DNA from: an uncultured Planctomycetaceae bacterium
GTDB taxonomy: Bacteria; Planctomycetota; Planctomycetia; Pirellulales; Thermoguttaceae
DNA length: 49,281 nt
Reading direction: 5' to 3'
Assembly: GCA_964429355.1 (NCBI GenBank)
Contig: CAYSCH010000016.1
Span: 1-49,281, forward strand
Shown: positions 49,101 to 49,281 of the stretch, piece after piece
Position numbering within the stretch: the stretch's first letter is position 1
Layout: each line of letters opens with the position of its first letter
The notes under the pieces: model-generated
The model's input: the letters and a program-made list of their open reading frames with translations, nothing else
Told to the model about the DNA's origin: nothing
Database searches by the model: none
Made by a program: the position numbers and the translations under genes

Positions 49101-49281
49101 GTGATGCCGCCCGCTGAGGCTTTGCCGAAAGGGTTGCATCGGTCGCCTTCTCTTCGCTTCCCACGCGGCACGAGACAATTCGCCGCGACCTTTGCGGGGT
49201 TTCTCGAAGGCTCTGACGCAACTCCACGTGTTCACGTAGCCGCTCGGCCAGAATGAGTCCCGCTCCCAGCAGTGCCGCTGG
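46126..49281 (-). CDS. tex: Tex-like transcription accessory protein (YqgF/RuvC-like, HhH and S1 domains), 5' end off-window
   Basis: [63 protein letters not shown] and the S1 domain [28 protein letters not shown] match Tex. The reading frame stays open upstream of the GTG at 49227 through the window edge. Confidence 0.85.
   Translation of the reverse strand, partial: [1051 protein letters not shown]

Overview
GC-rich bacterial chromosomal window. Gene content looks Planctomycetota-like: a planctomycete-style Ser/Thr-kinase N-domain, a DUF11-repeat surface protein, a giant secreted WD40 protein and many long antisense shadow ORFs. This taxonomic call is my inference. The centre (about 23.2-43.6 kb) is a single-strand (minus) transcription/translation supercluster: sigma-70-family factor, tRNA-Thr(UGU), tRNA-Tyr, tRNA-Gly, tRNA-Thr(GGU), tuf, tRNA-Trp, secE, nusG, rplK-rplA-rplJ-rplL, rpoB-rpoC, rpsL-rpsG, fusA. 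The left flank (0-23 kb) holds a polytopic membrane protein, a DUF4160/DUF2442 two-gene cassette, a membrane-anchored pseudokinase and an M29 aminopeptidase. It also holds a URO-D-like plus large glycoside-hydrolase operon, ygfZ, a 1289-aa WD40 protein, an IscA-type carrier and a DUF11 surface protein. Closest to the supercluster are DUF2203, an orphan NuoI-like ferredoxin, csrA, tRNA-Glu and hemH. The right flank has two hypothetical genes and a Tex-like gene that runs off the window end. I saw no rRNA, CRISPR array, transposase, integrase or prophage signature. I do not see a convincing novel multi-gene system, and most of the window is core housekeeping. The leads most worth a second look are these: (1) the DUF4160/DUF2442 cassette with a palindrome over its putative -10 box; (2) a ~130-bp nested palindrome between the nuoI-like gene and DUF2203; (3) canonical intrinsic terminators in unexpected places (rpsG/fusA, and tRNA-Glu/hemH); (4) Arg at S12 position 88; (5) lineage-specific extensions on NusG, RpoC, the sigma factor and Tex; (6) a kinase-fold protein that has lost its catalytic motifs. 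All family calls come from reading the translations by eye. No database search was run.
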